Position numbers and translations under genes: made by a program
Notes under the pieces: model-generated
What the model was told of the DNA's origin: nothing
The model's input: only the letters and a program-made list of their open reading frames with translations
The model's database searches: none
NCBI GenBank assembly: GCA_032718475.1
Contig: JAUCBJ010006997.1
Span: forward strand, 1 to 43,598
DNA: 43,598 bases
Direction of reading: 5' to 3'
Source of the DNA: Nemertoderma westbladi
Taxonomy: Eukaryota; Animalia; Xenacoelomorpha
Part shown: piece by piece, positions 23,711 to 36,094 of the stretch
Numbering within the stretch: position 1 is the stretch's first letter
Layout: each line of letters starts with the position of its first letter

Positions 23711-23832
23711 TCAGAGGTCTTTGGCATGCCTAGTTTTTCGCGATGGACGAGTTCCTTGACTGAGGTGAGCACATGCTCCGGTGATGCGCTTTCTCATTTT
23801 TTCCATTTCTGAACAAAACCATAATATTACAT
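23711..23832 (+). mobile_element. Decayed relative of the hammerhead element, inserted into Gypsy pol
   Basis: 23778-23822 matches rc(19075-19119) at 41/45. The upstream part aligns loosely (TCAG.GG, TGGC, CT.GTT, CGC.A, GACGAG vs GATGAG, CCT..AGG), but the catalytic core is degenerate and ~20 nt are missing. It interrupts pol right after ...GGQYIQ. Confidence 0.7.
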
Positions 23833-25659
23833 ATTGAATATACTGACCACCATTTAATCCTTTGATGCTATCCTCCAATGGGGATAGAAGAGAAGCATAT
23901 CCAGGAATACACAGAGATAGAGCCTTGTATGACCCTATAAATGATCTCATGGCAGAACACGTCTTGGGTGGAATGGCAGCTATCAGAGGTGAAATTTTAT
24001 GGGCACTGATGGATAGCGAACCAGAATTCCACACCCAACCAAGGATAATTGTCTGTTTTGGACAAATGGTAATTTTAGAAGCCCAAAGTCGTAGGTTGTT
24101 AAATTCCATCCACTCTAAGACAATGCGCCAATTGCTGAATAGATGATCAATGGAAGTACCTCCAATATAAAGATCATCTGCAAGTTTGCAGACAAACCCA
24201 GACTGAATGATATCACCTAATACGCGAGAAGTAAGCTCATCCAGCCACTCTGAAGAGCCGGGCATTACCATAGCACTGCGTGCATAGACCCTAATACCTT
24301 TAAATGGCGTCACTGTACCAAGAAATGGCATTGTTGATTTGGCAACTGGGATCTGGAAAAAACTCTTGGTTAGGTCTGACACAATAAGGAATGGCCAAGA
24401 AGCAATTTGACGGAGTACATCATCACATTTGGTAGACTTAGATGGTAATATACGGCAGTACTGACCAACATCATTAAACGCTGTGACAAATCGCCACCCA
24501 CCATCTAGCTTTTTAACAAGGAAACTAGGAGAAACATAAATTACGTCAATCCCAACACTCTCTGGTTTCTTTAGCACCCCCAATTCTTCAAGCTTATCAG
24601 CTTCTTCTTGTAGCTGTACAAGATTGGAGTAGTTGTAAAAGGGATGTTTCCTTTGCGAGGTGGTGATAACATTGGGCCAATGTTGACAGTGGCACGAATA
24701 ACACCACTATGGTCATTATAAGCTGAAATAGAAGGATTAAACACTATACTATATATAGTACTATATAGTATATATATACTATATATATACTATATATATA
24801 CATACTCCAGGTGGAGATTGCGAAATGCTTGAACCTGTGAGCTACCTAGTTGATTTGCAGGATCAACAGTAACTAAGGATGAATACGGAGTCTTGTAAGA
24901 CATTAATACAGTAGTATTATGGAGATGTCGAAATATTGGAAAGAGTTGGATTGGATTTAATATCATCAGCTGAAGTTACCCGCCGAAGTTGGGCAAAATG
25001 TTGAGAGCGCTTAAGCTGGGTAGGATCAGGCGATAAGTTAGGGATACAAATTGCACCATTAATTACCCTAGATATTGAGAAACGAGGCCACATACCAGAA
25101 TTACGTGAATCATTGCGTGGATCAATAAGAACATCACCTTCAAAATTCTCCATAGATGAAGCCGAAACCTCTAAGAAATCGCCAGTGAACAAAACAACAG
25201 GATTGGAACAGCGTAAAAGATATGGTTGGTTAGACAGAGGTGAAACGGAATCTGGAGACTTAGCACCACATGGCACTATAATACCTTGAATATTAAGTTC
25301 CTGCTTCTGTATACAAACCTCTATGTTGTTGCGATAAAAAAATGGGACACCACCTAGGACTTCCGAGTCCATGTTTTCAGAAACCAAAGCTTCCAAGTGT
25401 AAATCAATACCATGGAAAGATAGAGTTTCCGACACTTCACCACAGATAGTAATTTTGCCATCAAGCTGTTTTGCCTAATGATCATCCCAGCCGATTTTGT
25501 AAAAAATAAGTCACTAATAAGACACTAAATTTCCTGTGGCCCCAGTATCACATACAACCTTGCAATTATGATGTCTAAAAAAACAAAAGAAGAATGGAGA
25601 AGTCATACATAACACCCGGTTGAATGATGGACCTGGATCTGAGTGTTTGTTATTTGAAC

Positions 25660-25940
25660 TAAGTAAAAAGTAAGTAAAGTAAATTTTCTTCGGCCGCTAG
25701 GCCAGGGATTACGCACAAAGTCTGACGACTTATTTCCAGTGCGGTCCCCCCAGAACTTTACTCCCCAGAGGAAACCCCAGTACTCATTTAGCTACCACTT
25801 AAGGATGCAAGGCAGAGATGCGCCCTGGCTGGTCCCTTTAAAGCATTCGTGCCGAAACGAAAACTGCCCTGGCCCATGTGAGGATCGAACCCACGACCTA
25901 CAGGAGATGTGAATTCAATGCAACCACTACACCAAGGTGG
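25660..25940 (-). mobile_element. tRNA-derived SINE nested in the Gypsy element
   Basis: Minus strand: TTGGTGTAGTGGTT (A box), GTGGGTTCGATCC (B box), body, CACTGGAAATAAG...ATCCC 3' region and TTTAC-repeat tail. Confidence 0.85.
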
Positions 25941-27119
25941 AAAGAGGATTCATCAACTAGTAAATGGCCTAAAGATTCACTGAGTTCAGCAACTTGAACA
26001 CTAGAATCATCGTCATCTTCTATATTGATATTAAATGCTCGGGCAATATCCTGTTTGTCCCCCTTAGATAGATCCCAACAGCTAGATAGGACATTACCTT
26101 GGGATGTGCGGCCAGCACTCTTACACAGAAATCAGGATTTGGAAGATTGGCTACGATTACCGGTAGCTTTTTGGCGAAATTTTGAGCAGGGATTGGATGT
26201 CCTAGAAAAGTGCACTTGCAGTTCTTCTTGAGCGTTCATGTCAGCTAGAAGGGAATCAACTGCCTCGACAATCTGTGGTTGGATTTCCTTCAATGTCTTA
26301 GTTTTCAGGTCGTGTGCAAACACACGAGAAACATGAAGAGGAAGTCGGGGATCAATAAGCTGAAGCCATAAATAAACTGCTATGCGCTCTGTAGTTGGTG
26401 ACATTTCCTCATCATTGGTGGGTATTTGGCCATCATGGAGGAGACCAGATTCAATAGTTAGTAGGTTGTCATCCAAGTGGGCAGATATGCATTGATATAA
26501 TGTTTCATAACGTTCGTTTTCTTCCCGGTTAATGCATGCTAGCTTCAAAAAATTTACCTCAGACTGGCAGAAAGAATAGTACTTTCTAATTCTTTGCCAT
26601 ATCCAGGTGAGTGATATATTTTTCTTGATAATATCATTCCGAAGTAAAGATGGTGAGAATTGAGCAATAAGCCCTACCATGCGGTTTAGTTGAAGGCATT
26701 TTTGAGCTGCAGTACGGAAATTGCGAGCATTGGGATCAGGGTCAGGAGATAAACCACGGTTAGAACATAAATTTTTTCCCAAGTGGCATTAGGCTCAATA
26801 AATGCCACAAACTCAGAGCATAATGACAGGTGATATTGTAAATTAGTGTACGATGTAATAGTCTCGTTTTCTGAGAGAACCTGAGAACCCATTGTTTGGG
26901 GGGGTTTAAATTCAGCCATTCAGTGTACTGTTGTAGGATAATCTGTAGGCCTATAGGTAATGTAGGCTTAATTATTGCATCTACGGCCAGTTAGGCCTAT
27001 CGTTATCAATGAGTGAATCGACAAATAAAATTTATAATATATTAACATTTAATGTATATTTATCATAATCACATTATAAAATCACCCACCATAATAGAAT
27101 AATAACAATAATTAATTTA

Positions 27120-28420
27120 TCCACCACCACAATAGAGTAGACTAACGGCAGACAACTCGTTAATGGTGGCCCAAATGCTAAAGGCTTTGCTCACTTCGTC
27201 CTGCACGAAGGCCCCACGAACGTATAGAGTTATTGTTTGAAAGTTTACCTCCAATGTATTTTCTTTACAGGTTCACCTTCTATATATCCTCCCCATCATC
27301 CCCTTCGGCGTCGCTGACGTCTCCATATAATAAGTTCTACAGTAGCTTTCGCTTGATATCTTTTTCCTTCACTGCTCGTGGCGTTTTCTCCAGAGGTTCA
27401 TTCTCTATTCCAACGGCGTCTTCTGTTTTTTTTTCAAAAAGATCGATTCCTTTCTCGATCGGTTGCAGTATGCTCGCTGCTCGAGTAACATCGTTCGGCA
27501 TTTCTATTTTGAAGAGCTCCGAGTCCATCGCCTCATCAATTGCGGCCTCAACAATCAACCGTTTTACTGGTAGAAGGTCACACTCCTCAGGGATAGGGTG
27601 TTCCATGTACATTTGTAATAAATTTCTTAATTAGCTTGATGTTGGTCCGATTTCGCGGAATTTAAATAACTTTAATTTCGAAGTTATATGTTAGATGGAA
27701 GCCGCGTTCGTTCACAATCGACGTATATCTTGCGCTGATTTCCTCAATACTTTCATTAGTACCCGCCTCTAACTCAAAGTTGAGTTTACCAAACTCATTC
27801 GCCCGGAGATTCAGACCGTTATAATACAGAATGCCTACACCATTGTCTGTATTACTGTAGTTGCCTCCAAAACACCCACAAATCGCTGACCCCCAAAGTC
27901 GTATATGTAACCGACATAGCTGCAATTTTCAAATTATATTCCCATAAATGCTGTGCGCAATATTTACAATTTTGCGCGTAATACCGATCGAAGCACCACT
28001 TTTACTTATGCGCGCGCAGGTACTGTACTTGTCATTCACCGGTATGACAACCAAACTAGCCCTGGAATATTCCTTATAGTATTCCAGGCTCTCTTTTTTA
28101 AAGCCAAAAAATTCAAAGATAAATCTTACATCGTTGCAGCTCAGAGTAATTGAATCTCGACAAGTTGAGTAACTGTAAAATACCAACATATTTTTGATTG
28201 CAGTGTGCCATCAAACTTCTTGTCTTAATCTATTTTCGTACACAATGCATCTTTAACTTCATTAATTTCAGCCGCATCTATGTACATCACCGATATAGCC
28301 ATCTGTTCATCTGCATACACTGTTTCGTATTCGCAATAACGACCTTCTCTGCCTTCACATCGCTAAACACCTTACGCTATATCATCTCGCCTATGCCGTC
28401 ACGAGGTCCCTTTAAATGAT
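27120..28420 (-). pseudogene. Cluster of closely packed, decayed, intron-free ORFs of unknown (possibly virus/Maverick-like) origin
   Basis: Co-oriented minus-strand ORF pieces 28189-27929, 27925-27662 and 27612-27337 with protein-like composition and internal stops; no diagnostic motif recognised. Confidence 0.35.
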
Positions 28421-28763
28421 GGCTCTCACCATAATTCCAGGTCAAATCAAAATCAAATGGATACTCATTTAACAAAGCAAACGTACAGTATATCTGGAAT
28501 TAAATTGGCCTGATGCACCATCTGACCAGATATGAAGGTGTTTTAAATCTAAAGGATAAATTTATTATCGTGCTGCAGATATTAATTTCAGAATGTAACT
28601 AAACGAAACATATTTCTCATGCCCAATCTCATACTACAAGAAATGGTTTCTGAGTGACATCATTAGCTTTGAATTTTATGATGTTGCGTGTTGCGATAAT
28701 TAATTGGAAAGTCCACGGAAAGGACAATGTGACCAGGCTGGAGAGATTCTTTAGACCGTACAT

Positions 28764-30033
28764 GGGTGAATTTCATCAAATCTGTACCGCGTTGCGGACG
28801 GGACATTCGCATATTTCATGGCCGTTTAATTCCTGCTCGTTAATCCAAGGAATGCCTGTTCACCACCATGGGTATGATCTTCTACAATAAACCCTTCCAC
28901 TCTGTTTCCCAAGTTGCCTTGGTTTCCCTTTATCGACCACTTAAGGATGAAAGCCAGGGTTGGGCTAGGCTGCAGCATTTAAAGCACTGTGCCCAAACAG
29001 TGCTGCTCCATCTGGGGATCGAACCAGGGCTTCCTAATACATAGGAAGCCCGGGAATGTAACCACTAGACCAAGCTGCTGTTATAATGATATAATATAAA
29101 TAATAGTAATGGCTCAATTTATTCTACAATAATATTCCAACGTTTGTGCCACAAAAAGGCTTCTGCATGAATATGTCATGTACAGTCCATATTGTCAAAC
29201 AAAAGGACATTGGGACATTGATATGCAACTTTCAGCAGTTCCACTGACTATACTGATGGTTTCTTAACTTTTTAGTATTTAGTATTTTATTATTTACTAA
29301 TGTATTATGAAAGTTGCGGATGGGACATTAATTGAATCATTACTCATTACAACATTTCAAAATGATGTTTGTGTTATGAACATAGAGCCAATTTTAGTCG
29401 TTTGCATTCGCTGCCATCTTTCTGTCAATTTGGTGTTGCCTTTAAATTTCCCGTAATCCCACAATATTCGATAACAAGTAAATAATGTCCCATCCGCAAC
29501 ATTAATAATGAACCAGATGAAGTATGATTTTTCATAGGCGCCAAGTAATTATTTAGTTGTATCACTGTGGTATCGTAGTACATATGAAACAATATATCTG
29601 AGACGCTCATAATTTTTAAATTGGCTTCTTATAAGATGGATTCATATAAGATAAGCTGCTGAATGCCTTCGATTTTGTTAAACAAATAAGAGTTATTTAC
29701 GTATTTTTATAGCAACAAGGTTCTTTATTTTTTAAATATATGAATGCCTAAACATTGTTGTCAGTTTCTAACTCAAAATATCAGCATATCTTATGTGCAA
29801 ACATAATCTATCAGCACAATCGCATGGCTTTGTCCCATCCGCAACAATATGGTAGTCAACCAGATTTATAATACTGTATTTTAAAAACAACAAGTGATAT
29901 TGGGCTATTGCTTGGAAACTTTAAAACACCACACTACTGTAGTATTATAAAACAATATTGTAGTACTGGGATATTTAACTTTCTTTGTCCCGTCCGCATC
30001 CGCAACGCGGTACAGATTTGATGAGAATCACCC
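28764..30033. mobile_element. Non-autonomous TIR DNA transposon
   Basis: TIR GGGTGA.T.TCATCAAATCTGTACCGCGTTGCGGA at both ends; internal GTTGCGGATGGGACA subrepeats at ~29313 (+), ~29486 and ~29832 (-); no TSD resolved. Confidence 0.8.
28890..29078 (-). mobile_element. tRNA-derived SINE nested in the TIR element
   Basis: Minus strand: TTGGTCTAGTGGTTA (A box), CTGGTTCGATCCCCAG (B box), then GCTTTCATCCTTAAGTGGTCGATAAA core related to the other SINEs. Confidence 0.75.
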
Positions 30034-30668
30034 ACCCCACCCCATTCCGAACAAGTTTCTTCAACTAAGTATTTCTTCATTTTCATAAATCCATTGCCAT
30101 TGGTGATACAGGTACAACATAGCCTACTGTTGTACTGCACAGTGCAGTCAGTGTACACGACACAGTGGACAGTCATACAGTACCAGAGTACGCACTGCAG
30201 CAGTGCACTCTGACTGTCTGACCAGCTGACCCAGGTACGGTACCGGTACCAAGTACGGTGACGGCAGGCAGGCAGGCACGACGGTCTGACGCTGACGACT
30301 GATCAGCTGATGGTACCGGTGGTAGGCTAAATTTATTCAGTCTTGCTTTTACAGTTTTAGGATTTATTATAATACCTGAATACTGCAGTACAGCAGTACT
30401 GTCAGACTGTACTGCTGTAATACTGTAATACGTAAATACATATACAGACATACCAATCAGCCGATACCAGGCTGCCAGGATACTGCAGTACTGCGATAGG
30501 AGGCCTACCTGCCTACTGCGTATTACCTGAATACGGTACAATAGTCAAGTCCTACCAGCCTAGCATACTGTCAGACTGTTTGGGCCTAGGCCTATCTGCC
30601 TATACACTGCAGCACTGATACAGGTAGACGTATACTGGTATACTGGTATAACTGAATACCGGTAACAA

Positions 30669-31721
30669 ATGGCCGCTCCCGGTACCACAACATCGGTTCG
30701 TGTCCCAGAACTTCCCCACCAACTCACCGCTGACTCCGTCGGTAACATCCCATACGACAAGATCGTGGTGCACCCGCTTGTGCTACTCAGTGTGGTGGAC
30801 CACTTCAACCGGATGGGGAAAACCGGAAACGTTAAGCGTGTCGTGGGAATTCTGTTGGGAAAACAACGCGGTCGGATTCTCGACGTTTCCAACAGCTTCG
30901 CCGTTCCATTCGACGAAGACGACAAAGACCGCAGCGTGTGGTTCCTCGATCACGACTACCTCGAGAACATGTACAACATGTTCAAGAAGGTGAACGCGCG
31001 CGAGAAGATCGTAGGCTGGTACCACACCGGCCCGAAACTCAACCACAATGATATCGCCGTCAACGAACTCCTAAAGAAATACAACCCCAACTCGGTGCTC
31101 GTGATAATGGACGCGCAACCGCGGGACGTGGACGCGTTGGGGCTGGGGTTGCCGACGCAAGGCTACTACTCGGTAGAGGAAGTCCACGACGACGGCACGC
31201 CGACGAGTAAAACCTTCGAACATCTCGCCAGCGAGATCGACGCCGACGAAGCGGAAGAGGTCGGTGTGGAGCATCTACTGCGGGACATTCGGAACACAAC
31301 GGTCGGGACATTGGGACAGCGGGTCTCGGGACAGCTGAGCGGACTCCACGGACTCTTTAAGACTCTCACCGACATCCAGGGATACTTAGAGCGCGTCGCT
31401 ACTGGTAGACTCCCCGTCAACCATCAGATCGTCTACATGCTCCAAGACGTGTTCAACCTCCTCCCTTCCATCGAATCCCCCGATTTCATTCACTCGTTTA
31501 ACCTAAAGAACAACGACCAGATGTTGGTTATCTATCTCGCGGCTCTCATCCGATCGGTGATCGCCCTCCACAATCTTATTAATAATAAGATCGAAAACAG
31601 AAACAACGAAGACTCCGAGAAATCCAAGAAGAAAGACGAGAAGGATAAAGAAACGGTTAAGGAGGATAAAAAGGATAATCCCAATGTAAAAACTAAAGAG
31701 GAGGAGAAAAAGAAGAAATAG
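30669..31721 (+). CDS. PSMD7: 26S proteasome non-ATPase regulatory subunit 7 (Rpn8/MOV34), intronless CDS
   Basis: MPN domain [69 protein letters not shown]; [13 protein letters not shown]; KEKE-rich tail; AATAAA near 31820. Confidence 0.98.
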   Translation: MAAPGTTTSVRVPELPHQLTADSVGNIPYDKIVVHPLVLLSVVDHFNRMGKTGNVKRVVGILLGKQRGRILDVSNSFAVPFDEDDKDRSVWFLDHDYLENMYNMFKKVNAREKIVGWYHTGPKLNHNDIAVNELLKKYNPNSVLVIMDAQPRDVDALGLGLPTQGYYSVEEVHDDGTPTSKTFEHLASEIDADEAEEVGVEHLLRDIRNTTVGTLGQRVSGQLSGLHGLFKTLTDIQGYLERVATGRLPVNHQIVYMLQDVFNLLPSIESPDFIHSFNLKNNDQMLVIYLAALIRSVIALHNLINNKIENRNNEDSEKSKKKDEKDKETVKEDKKDNPNVKTKEEEKKKK

Positions 31722-31956
31722 TCGTATAACTTTATTCTTTGTTACTTTACCTTATAGATTAAACTCTAAATAGTAGGCCTACAGCTGTGCTACTAAAATA
31801 GCGTTAAAAATACCACAATAATAAATAACCTAAGTTATTTGAGAGTTGCATAACTGAATATCTGTGTTACCCGTTATTGGCAATAACATCTAATATATTT
31901 AATTCAAAACCAAATTACTTAATTTCTTACAGCTACAGGAATTCGGTGTACAAGTT

Positions 31957-32172
31957 TAATTAATTCCTCTCCAGGGGAAACGCGAATACAACAGATTACC
32001 TCCAAAAATAAAACTAACTATTCTATTGAGTTTTGTTTATTGTTTTGGTTAGAATAATGTGCCTCTGTAACCTGCTCTCCCTGAATAGAGAATTTAACAT
32101 TGAGGCGAAAAATTAATTAGCCGAGATGGGATTTGCGTACGGTTTCCCCTCAGTTTGGGAGAGAAATTAATT
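31957..32172. mobile_element. Decayed MITE sharing its internal core with 8561-8760
   Basis: Imperfect arms AATTAATT.CTCTCC...GGGGAAAC; the interior CTCC.AAAAATAAAACT...TTTATTGTTTTGGTTA.AATAA.GTGCC.CTGTAACCTGCTC matches 8622-8705. Confidence 0.65.
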
Positions 32173-32494
32173 ACCTATATTAATATAATTAATTAATTAA
32201 GTATATTGTTAGTTATGGTGGTCATTACCTGCCACATTCATCGTAGAACCATGAGCGACTAAATTAGGAATCGGTAAGCTACACAGCACAGATCCACTAA
32301 ATTAATGGGCCCACTTTTTCTTGTTTACTTGTTTATTTTCATAAAATTATTCCTTAGGAACGCAAAGTTCAAACGTTGCCCGCAAATTGAGGCAATACAG
32401 GTATATTAAAATGTCGTGTATTAAAGATTCGAATTTATTTATTTACAATCCCGGTTTCCATGGCAATCAATATAAGGAAAAATTTGAATTATAA

Positions 32495-33300
32495 AAACTT
32501 TAAGAACGTTATCTCCATTCGAAGGGACGCCATGGTCGAATCTATTCATGAGTACCATCCCTCCATCCACAATTACACCCTCGCGCCATATGGGGATGCC
32601 GCCTGTCTTCTCCACGGCGACCAAACCCTGCTTTCTGATGAGGGAGTTCAACACGGCGATCCCGATGGGCCACCGCTATTCGGTGATACGCTAAATCCCA
32701 TCATCCAGACGAGACATTGATGTAGTTCCTTCAATCTATGGAACTTGGATGATAGGAACCTGGCGGACGACTTCCACGTTGTCTTAGATGACTTGAAGAA
32801 GATCATCATAGAAAGGAGGAGATGTTGACTGTCGATAGACCCCAGGAAGAGCGAGCTGTTCTTCCTAGGTCCGGAGACGGAGGAATCTCGCTCTCGGATC
32901 CGTGAGGAGTTTGATGCCATCTGTCCTGTCCTCCACACTTATAATAATAATGGTCTTTTATTTCTTAACTTGTGGATTTATCGAAATAAATTTGCACAAG
33001 GCAGCCTTGGCAGCGGAGTGCTAGGCTGATGGTTGGAATAGGCGTCAATTTTGCGAACGGCGGCTCAGCCGTCGCGATTCCTCGACTGATGTACTTTCTA
33101 CGGACAGCTTTCATTTGGCCTATGCATGGCCTATGACCGGGTTCTCCGTAGTGCCATCCAATATATCGCTAACTGTCACATAGATGACCCTGTCTGGTAC
33201 CAGATATACCTCCCAGCACGGTTGGGTGGTCTTGGATTGAGCGCCCAACAGTGCAGCTTGCACCCTCCGCCTTCTTGACTTCTGCGGCTGCCTGCATAAC
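32495..33300 (+). mobile_element. CRE-clade non-LTR retrotransposon RT fragment (decayed)
   Basis: NFKNVISIRRDAM...LLSDEGVQHGDPDGPPLF...FNLWNLDD...SIDPRKSEL and later WYQIYLPARLGGLGL, matching CRE-type motifs DF.NAFNSIRR, GVQQGDPLGP, YLDD and LP.R.GGLG; stops and an AT-rich interruption near 32940-32990. Confidence 0.8.
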
Positions 33301-35070
33301 TCTGTCCACCCGCTTGTTCCCTTCAGTGGCAGTCTCACGAGCCCAGCTACGGAGTTAGCCCATACGCTTCGGAATGCTATGCTACCTCCCGGTTCACAAC
33401 CTTTCAGAGGGCGTGGATGTCCCCTGTTCATGATGCGAACATATCCGGCGTGCTTTGCCCGACTTAACTCGCTGTATGACCCCGTGGCCTTTGAGACCTT
33501 AGGCCGCTGCCACACCTATACCATAGGGTTATTTGGGGACTAAACTCGCTGTGCTAAACTAAATTTCAAAATTATGTCTAAAAGTTTTATTGTCTGTCTG
33601 TCTGTTTGTTTGCCCGTCATAACTACCTGTATCGTGTTTGGGTATGTGGGCCCTTTGCGATACATATTAATTTACTTAGTCTTATAATAATACTGTGTAG
33701 TGTAATTATAAAACTCTATTCAGTTTCTCAGTTTGAGTAATAATGCAGTTAAATTTGAGGTAAAGGTTTACTACAGTATAAACCAATTTGAGGTAAAGGT
33801 TTACTACAGTATAAACCATAGCCAACGGTCAGGGAAATCAGTTGTAAATGATAAAAACAGAATAAAAAAAGAATTTGCAGCATGAATTCATAAATGTAGA
33901 TTAGTGAGTGTAAATTATTAATTCAGATGGCAAATATTTTAATAGGTATTGTGATTGTGTCGGTTTCTTTCTCACCAAATCGTTAAGATAGACTTACAAA
34001 AAAAAACATAACGAACAATTCGGAAACACACTTATTGTTATTTCCATGAACCTTAGCCATTTCCATAATAAACCAAATTAGCTAATAAGAAGTCCCCAAG
34101 TTAATGTTAAGAAAATTTAATCCAACTAATTTAGTGGGTCTGCTATTACAGCTACTATGTGGATGTGGTGGCGGTATTAAAGACTGTCTTATAAGTAGGT
34201 CAATTGATACGCCATGATCTAGGCCTACTAAATATATCGTTAGTAGGTCATGGGTGGACACCGTAACGAAGTGCTGCTGGTAGTCTTGAAGAGCGTATAG
34301 TCTCGATTTAGTAGTTACAGTTGGGGCGAGAAGATATTTTCTAAATTCAGAATTATTTTATATCGAAGTTTTGATATTATTTATTCACCCATTGCATAGA
34401 AATCGTGTTTTCACATTCAAGGGAACATCCGTCACACTTCGTCTGTATTATTTTTATTAATTCATTGACTTGGCATTATGTCACGTCAACTTTAATATCC
34501 ATTTTTTATATTTAGATACACGAGGTGCCGCGTATTGAAGGGCCAGATATCGATTGAACCAATGGTTGACAGACAAACGATTGCGTCAGACGCGCCGTGT
34601 TCACTATGACGTGTTATGTACTGTGCTGCTACCGTTAATTGTGTTCGTAGATCTACCATTATTTACTTTCAGAAAAACTCTTGATAAATTTTATTAAGTA
34701 TCGTAAAAAAAATTGCAAACTGTAAACAGCTGCGATGCAACCGGTAACTATGAATGTATTGGGTTTCTCATTTGAAATATTTCATGACATTAAAATCAAT
34801 AATATCCACACCACATTCAAGTTGTTTCTGTTACGTAAGTCAATTTCATTTTGTTAATGTAATAGGTTCCCAGACATTGAAAATTTTATCAACCCAAACC
34901 CGTTACTGAACTATTAACCTTAAAATATTGAATCTGGCGGACAGACAGACGGAAAACATGTCGATTATGCCAGTACTAAACTAAATGCTAAGGTTCAATA
35001 ACATCGAGGCTCGCCCCACGAAGTTTTGCCCAATCAAACTAGAGAGACAGCAGCAGGAGTAATTAAGATA

Positions 35071-36094
35071 CAGAAAAGTGGCCAAAACGAACAAATGAGA
35101 CCTTGTGGTAATTCCATTTCTACTGAATGAAATCTCATGAAAAATAAAATGTTACAAGTAGACATTTTCATCAGGAATCTAGGTAACCATGTTTGCTAAA
35201 CGCTACTGTAAATAAATATCATTAAATTTTGCTTGATATCGTCAAAAACCACGGAAAACGTGATGTTTTCACAAAAAAAATGATTAGGAGCAGTTAAATA
35301 AGGATTTCTAGTTTCTATCTGATGTCAATAAAAGTTAATATGTTATATACCAAATGAAAGCTCGAAAATTTGTCTATTAATTTGAAGAAACATAAGTCTG
35401 TAGATGTGTAGTTAGCATAGGAGACCCTGGAACACTTTGTTTTCTATTACACCACTAAAATATCCCCCAATTGCAAAAATGGAATAAAGCACATTGTGGA
35501 TACAGACACACCTTGACATTTTTTTAAGAATCTGTAATTACTCAGCTGTAAGACACAAAAACAATTATACAAATTAATCGGAAACATTTGAAGATATGTG
35601 GGTTTGTGGAGCCTCATATCAGGAGAGAAAACCATAAACTGTTCCCTCCAGTAACCAACGTTAAATCTGATAGAATCGCATAATTGGTACCTCGGTAAAA
35701 CAATAACAGTTCTGAAATCCTCCTCGAAAATGCTTTCATTTGATGTATAATGGTCATACGCAGCATTTATAATGTGTGTTTTGCAGTGTGTCAGTCGTAC
35801 CATAAAACGTCCCCCCATCTGTAACCGCCTGTAACCGGCTCTGATTACATTTACATGGAAGGTTACACAGGCAAAGAAATGTCCCACGCCTGTAACCAAT
35901 TATCCTAGAAAGTATTAAAATAATGGTTACAGGAAGGGTCAAGCAGTATATTTTTTCACAGGTCATATTTAAGGTCGGCCAAAACTCGCATTGAATTCTA
36001 TGGACTCTGAGCTTCCAGAATATATATCATATGTTGGGTTTTGAGAAACTTTATTTTGTACAAAAAATGACTCTATAGTTTGGCCACTTTGCTG
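35071..36094. mobile_element. Probable non-autonomous TA-flanked TIR element (Tc1/mariner-like ends)
   Basis: TA|CAGAAAAGTGGCCAAA ... TTTGGCCACTTTGCTG|TA; short TIR only, no transposase. Confidence 0.5.

Larger units (their letters stand above)
22413..26919 (-). mobile_element. Decayed Ty3/Gypsy LTR retrotransposon (gag-PR-RT-IN; frameshifted; RNase H largely missing)
   Basis: Gag-like ORFs 26919-26132; protease KVVCDTGATG (~25560-25530); RT YVSPSFLVKK..GGWRFVTAFN, SDLTKSFFQIP, KLADDLYIGG (24583-23830); integrase VRIDGAPGF, NKNPVGE..VQEVERELL (23230-22413). No paired LTRs found. Confidence 0.93.

Noticed and set aside
23714-23777. HDV-like ribozyme fold
   Set aside because: Only a 5-bp GCATG/CATGC pairing is convincing; P1 and P3 cannot be formed. 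It is better explained as a decayed hammerhead element.
30560-31420. Alternative-frame and antisense ORFs over PSMD7 (and 37413-37749 over ferritin)
   Set aside because: Shadow ORFs caused by GC-rich codon usage of the real genes.
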